Source: Candidatus Parcubacteria bacterium
GTDB taxonomy: Bacteria; Patescibacteriota; Saccharimonadia; UBA4664; JBIOIQ01
NCBI GenBank assembly: GCA_963718875.1
Contig: OY970378.1
Coordinates: forward strand, 388,631 to 452,630
Length of the DNA stretch: 64,000 nucleotides
Direction of reading: 5' to 3'
The first letter of the stretch is position 1; each line of letters starts with the position of its first letter. Below the pieces are notes generated by a model, which ran no database searches, was not told the origin of the DNA, and saw only the letters and a program-made list of their open reading frames with translations. Below, piece by piece: positions 57,223 to 64,000 of the stretch. The translations under genes and the position numbers were made by a program.

Positions 57223-57767
57223 AAGCAGGTTCCTGCGGTCCCTTTGTTTTTGGTACCGCAGGAACCATCGGTTTTGTTCAAAATGGGTCTTGACCCTAGA
57301 ATCACTCCTGTGATAAACTTTTGAAAGGTCAAATTGGAGTTCACGTATGAGTAGACAACTAACCAGTCGTAACGGAGAGCACATTCTCTAGCGTAAGTAA
57401 GTTGCCTTTTTTAATGTGAGCTCCGCGCCAATACCGCGGAGTTTTTGAATCTTAACAAACAACGGCCCTTTCATTTGGTGCATTTCGTCGTCAGATCCTC
57501 CGTTCCGCATTCGACGTAGGTCAAACTACGCCTCATTTGCGGTACTCGGCTATTCCTAGAACTACACTCAACTGAAAGTCCCTACCGTTTATAAGTAAAT
57601 TTTAAGATTAGCGCTTGATTAAACCAAAAGCGTTAATCTGGGTAAACTGTTGTACCGTACTGGTATAACAGTAAAATGACAATTTCAACCGATCCGCCGA
57701 CAAAGCGGATCAACAAATGTGTATTAGCAATTTGTCTTTACAAATTGCTAGTCAAATTCTTGTAAGA

Positions 57768-61143
<3,376 letters not shown>

Positions 61144-61408
61144 TTTTTTTACAACACTTTCTATTGTCATATTGGATGAAAGTTCAAGATGATAGTGAAA
61201 GTGCCGATTTGACTAGCAATTTGTGACGACAACGTCATTTACAACCCAAATTAAAATTTACGATAAGTTTCATTTCACAAAGTTTTTCGAAGTATCATTT
61301 AGGACTACAGCAATAGTTGGCGTTCGAAAATGGAAAGTGAAAATTGTATAAATGAGATTGACTGGGCAAAAGCCCCAGTCTCTATGGGAGAAATTATTCG
61401 CCCAGTGA

Positions 61409-61518
61409 GGCCGGTGCTTTTGGCGAGGAGGATACACCGGTTCCCATCCCGAACACCGAAGTTAAGCTCCTCAGCGGCGATGATACTGCATATAGCGGGA
61501 AAGTAGCACGGTGCCGGA
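61409..61518 (+). rRNA. rrf: 5S ribosomal RNA
   Basis: CCGGTTCCCATCCCGAACACCGAAGTTAAGC core and a pairing 5'/3' helix I; about 110 nt, 265 nt downstream of the 23S. Confidence 0.85.
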
Positions 61519-61524
61519 TTAATC

Positions 61525-61552
61525 AAAAACCATCGCGAACGCGGTGGTTTTT
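61525..61552 (+). terminator. intrinsic terminator of the 23S-5S unit
   Basis: CCATCGCG-AA-CGCGGTGG hairpin followed by TTTTT. Confidence 0.6.
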
Positions 61553-61964
61553 GGCGTTTTAGCTTAAGATTGTTTTTTTTGTCACTTTTTGGACAGCAAA
61601 AGGTGACGCCAGTCCGTCAGCTGACGGTTGGCCGAGCGCGTCCAAACACGGTGCTCTCATTATCAACTTTGGCTTATTGCCCTGCGGGACTCGCCCTCCT
61701 AGTGTCGGGACTCAAATAGTCCTCGGGCGGATACAATAAAACAATCTAGACTAAGCCAAGTCGATCCTTCGCTACCGGTTTGTCCGAAGCTCGGGACTTT
61801 TTTGAAGTTGTTTTTTGCTTAGCTTTATGCGAAGTTGGGAGAGATAATTGGATGTATATGCCAGAAAAATCAGGTTCTAATTTTGAAGGGTCGGGGACTC
61901 AGAGAAAGAAGCAGCTATTCAGAGGGCCGAAGAGTACAGCGACGAGGTACGCGAGCTGAGCGCA

Positions 61965-62180
61965 TTGCTAGAGACAACCAGGCGTTGGGCGCGATCAGCA
62001 GGTACTAACGATGCTCACGAGGCTGTATTTTTAGCAGCCTCTGCGCAGGGGAGTGCTCTGCTAGGAGCAACGTTAGAGATTGAGCGCGGACTAGCTGCTG
62101 ACCTAAATGCGGGGTGGCGAGCGGCTGCTAAATCGGATATTGAAAATATACGACAATTACTGCCGGACTTTTTGCGTTAG
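61965..62180 (+). CDS. hypothetical protein (possible fragment; GC-rich)
   Basis: 71-aa ORF inside a roughly 600-bp GC-rich patch; the reading frame is open upstream without a start, which suggests a remnant. Confidence 0.2.
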   Translation: MLETTRRWARSAGTNDAHEAVFLAASAQGSALLGATLEIERGLAADLNAGWRAAAKSDIENIRQLLPDFLR

Positions 62181-62338
62181 CTGAATGTTTGAATAGTCTA
62201 GCTACTCGTATCGTGGCTTTCTATGTCGGCTCATAGTTCTTTCTCCATTCTTCGTATGCCTATGATTGTACTTTCGCCTTTTGTTCGGTATAATTACCGT
62301 GAGGGTTGTTTTACAATTAAGGCAACAGGGAGCAAAAA

Positions 62339-62629
62339 GTGAACGAGGCAAAGATAGATAAGTTAATTGATAGTGTGGGGACCCTTGGTGGGGAGATGAC
62401 CCAGCTTGCATCTGATAATATGCGGACGCAAGTTTTAATGGAGGAATTGAGGTCTCAGAATGAGGCGGTCTTGGAATATGTTAAAGATATACCTGAGATC
62501 AAAGACCGTTTGACAAAAGTCGAAGAAAAGATTGATGGGCTAGCTGTAGAAATGCGGTTAGTGAAAGGTGTCGTTCGAGAGCATTCAGCTGATATGACCG
62601 AGCTAAAAAGTAAATCGCACAGTCATTAA
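62339..62629 (+). CDS. hypothetical coiled-coil protein
   Basis: 96-aa ORF, heptad-like charged composition, ends 2 nt before purD. Confidence 0.35.
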   Translation: MNEAKIDKLIDSVGTLGGEMTQLASDNMRTQVLMEELRSQNEAVLEYVKDIPEIKDRLTKVEEKIDGLAVEMRLVKGVVREHSADMTELKSKSHSH

Positions 62630-62631
62630 GG

Positions 62632-63891
62632 ATGAAAGTACTAATCATCGGCAGCGGCGGTAGAGAGCATGCACTGGCTTGGAAGATTGCACAATCGTCC
62701 AAGCTAACCAAATTATATATTGCACCAGGTAATCCCGGGACGGCGGAGGTGGGCGAGAATATCGATATCAAAGTTACCGATATTTCAGGCTTGGTAGAGT
62801 TTGCCAAAGCTAATCAGATTGGACTAACGGTGGTTGGGCCAGATGATGTTTTGGCGGCTGGTGCGGTAGACGCTTTTAGGGTTGAAGGTTTGCGCATTTT
62901 TGGGCCAACCAAAGAAGCAGCCAAAATTGAATGGAGTAAAGTTTTTGCTAAGCAATTTATGGCTGAGAATGATGTGCCGACGGCTGAATTTAGGACATTT
63001 GACGATTACAAAGTGGCAAGTGAGTATTTGAGTGCACATGCGCTACCAGTTGTTATAAAAGCTAGTGGCTTGGCCCTGGGCAAAGGCGTGACTATATGTC
63101 AGTCTCAGGATGAAGCTCAAAAGGTTTTGCGGAGCGTGATGGTAGAAAAGATTTTTGGTGATGCTGGTAATAGCGTGGTAATTGAGGAGTGTTTAACAGG
63201 AGAAGAAGTTTCTATCCATGCTCTGAGCGATGGGAGTAATAGTGTAGTTTTTCCGGTGTCTCAAGATCACAAGCCTATTTTTGAAGGCAATAAAGGTCCA
63301 AATACGGGTGGCATGGGGACATATGTACCAGTACCATGGGTAGATTCGGCTGAACTAGCCGATATTAAGCGTAAAGTGGTTGATCCAGTTGTCCCTGGGT
63401 ATGTGGGGTGCATATATCCGGGATTGATGGGAAAGCCTCCAAAAGTTATTGAGTATAATGCTCGGTTTGGGGATCCTGAGACACAATCCTATGTACGCCT
63501 ATTGAAAACTGATTTATTGGAGCTACTTGAAGCATGCGTAGATGGCCGTTTGGCTGAGGTTGGGGTTAAGTGGCGCGACGGTTCAGCCGTTTGTGTGGTT
63601 TTGGCTTCAGGGGGATATCCGGGGACATACGAGAGGGAAAAACTGATTAATGGTTTAGCAGAGGCTCAAATTGATCCTGACGTAATTGTTTTTCAGGCAG
63701 GGACTATTATGACGGCGAATGGGTTGCTTACAGCTGGCGGAAGGGTGCTGAACGTAACGGCTACCGGTCAAACACTGCAAGAGGCTCGAGATAAAGCCTA
63801 TGCTGCGGCGGCTAAGATTCAATTCGAGGGGGTGTATTTCCGCAAGGATATTGGGCTAAAGGGTGTCGAGTGGAGCGCTAAACAAGCGTAA
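62632..63891 (+). CDS. purD: phosphoribosylamine--glycine ligase
   Basis: N-terminal MKVLIIGSGGREHALAWK and ATP-grasp motifs; 419 aa, the typical PurD length. Confidence 0.9.
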   Translation: MKVLIIGSGGREHALAWKIAQSSKLTKLYIAPGNPGTAEVGENIDIKVTDISGLVEFAKANQIGLTVVGPDDVLAAGAVDAFRVEGLRIFGPTKEAAKIEWSKVFAKQFMAENDVPTAEFRTFDDYKVASEYLSAHALPVVIKASGLALGKGVTICQSQDEAQKVLRSVMVEKIFGDAGNSVVIEECLTGEEVSIHALSDGSNSVVFPVSQDHKPIFEGNKGPNTGGMGTYVPVPWVDSAELADIKRKVVDPVVPGYVGCIYPGLMGKPPKVIEYNARFGDPETQSYVRLLKTDLLELLEACVDGRLAEVGVKWRDGSAVCVVLASGGYPGTYEREKLINGLAEAQIDPDVIVFQAGTIMTANGLLTAGGRVLNVTATGQTLQEARDKAYAAAAKIQFEGVYFRKDIGLKGVEWSAKQA

Positions 63892-64000
63892 GCGGCTTGA
63901 AAAAATAGCTGCTTTGGTGCAAAATGTTACTAGTGAAAACTAATACTAGTTTGACTCCGATTCAGCGCTTTAGTCCTTTTATAATGGCGGCTTTGGTGGT

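Overview
This 64 kb window has a backbone GC of roughly 42-45 percent and the hallmarks of a small-genome Gram-positive-type bacterium, plausibly a Patescibacteria/CPR lineage such as Saccharibacteria. That placement is an inference from the 16S/23S sequence character, sortase LPXTG surface proteins, many gene fusions, salvage enzymes, and TGA used as a stop codon. Housekeeping genes: a UvrD-like helicase-nuclease, rmuC, trpS, pheS-pheT, gyrB-gyrA, purD, tRNA-Pro, and unlinked 16S and 23S-5S rRNA genes. The accessory content is unusually rich.

- A roughly 1500-aa coupling-protein-like (TraD/VirD4) ATPase carries a (TP)n linker encoded by a perfect (CACACC)x30 microsatellite.
- An LPXTG-anchored surface protein sits beside a cluster of paralogous Asn/Thr/Gly-rich secreted repeat proteins.
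- An acyl-AMP ligase-ACP-lysophospholipid acyltransferase tri-domain fusion is followed directly by AcpS.
- A nucleotide-salvage cluster holds three NUDIX genes, two nucleoside 2-deoxyribosyltransferase-like genes (one fused to an HD 5'-deoxynucleotidase), and a phosphoribosyltransferase.
- Several GC-rich islands (about 55-60 percent GC) look foreign: an orphan class II ribonucleotide reductase C-terminal (NrdJb-like) fragment, a SET-domain gene with a GC-rich 5' patch, and islands inside a 9.4 kb 16S-23S spacer.
- One spacer island carries four tandem paralogous small winged-helix-like proteins; the spacer also carries a GT2 processive glycosyltransferase.
- tRNA-Ile and tRNA-Ala lie on the opposite strand, next to a degenerate tRNA-like remnant.
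- Two promoter-to-terminator noncoding units are candidate structured RNAs.
- There is a 197-bp MITE-like element with 23-bp terminal inverted repeats.
- A YbaK-like deacylase is split by a frameshift in a homopolymer.
- The 23S gene carries about 470 nt of insertions.
- Two promoters look leaderless.

No CRISPR array or recognisable transposase was seen.
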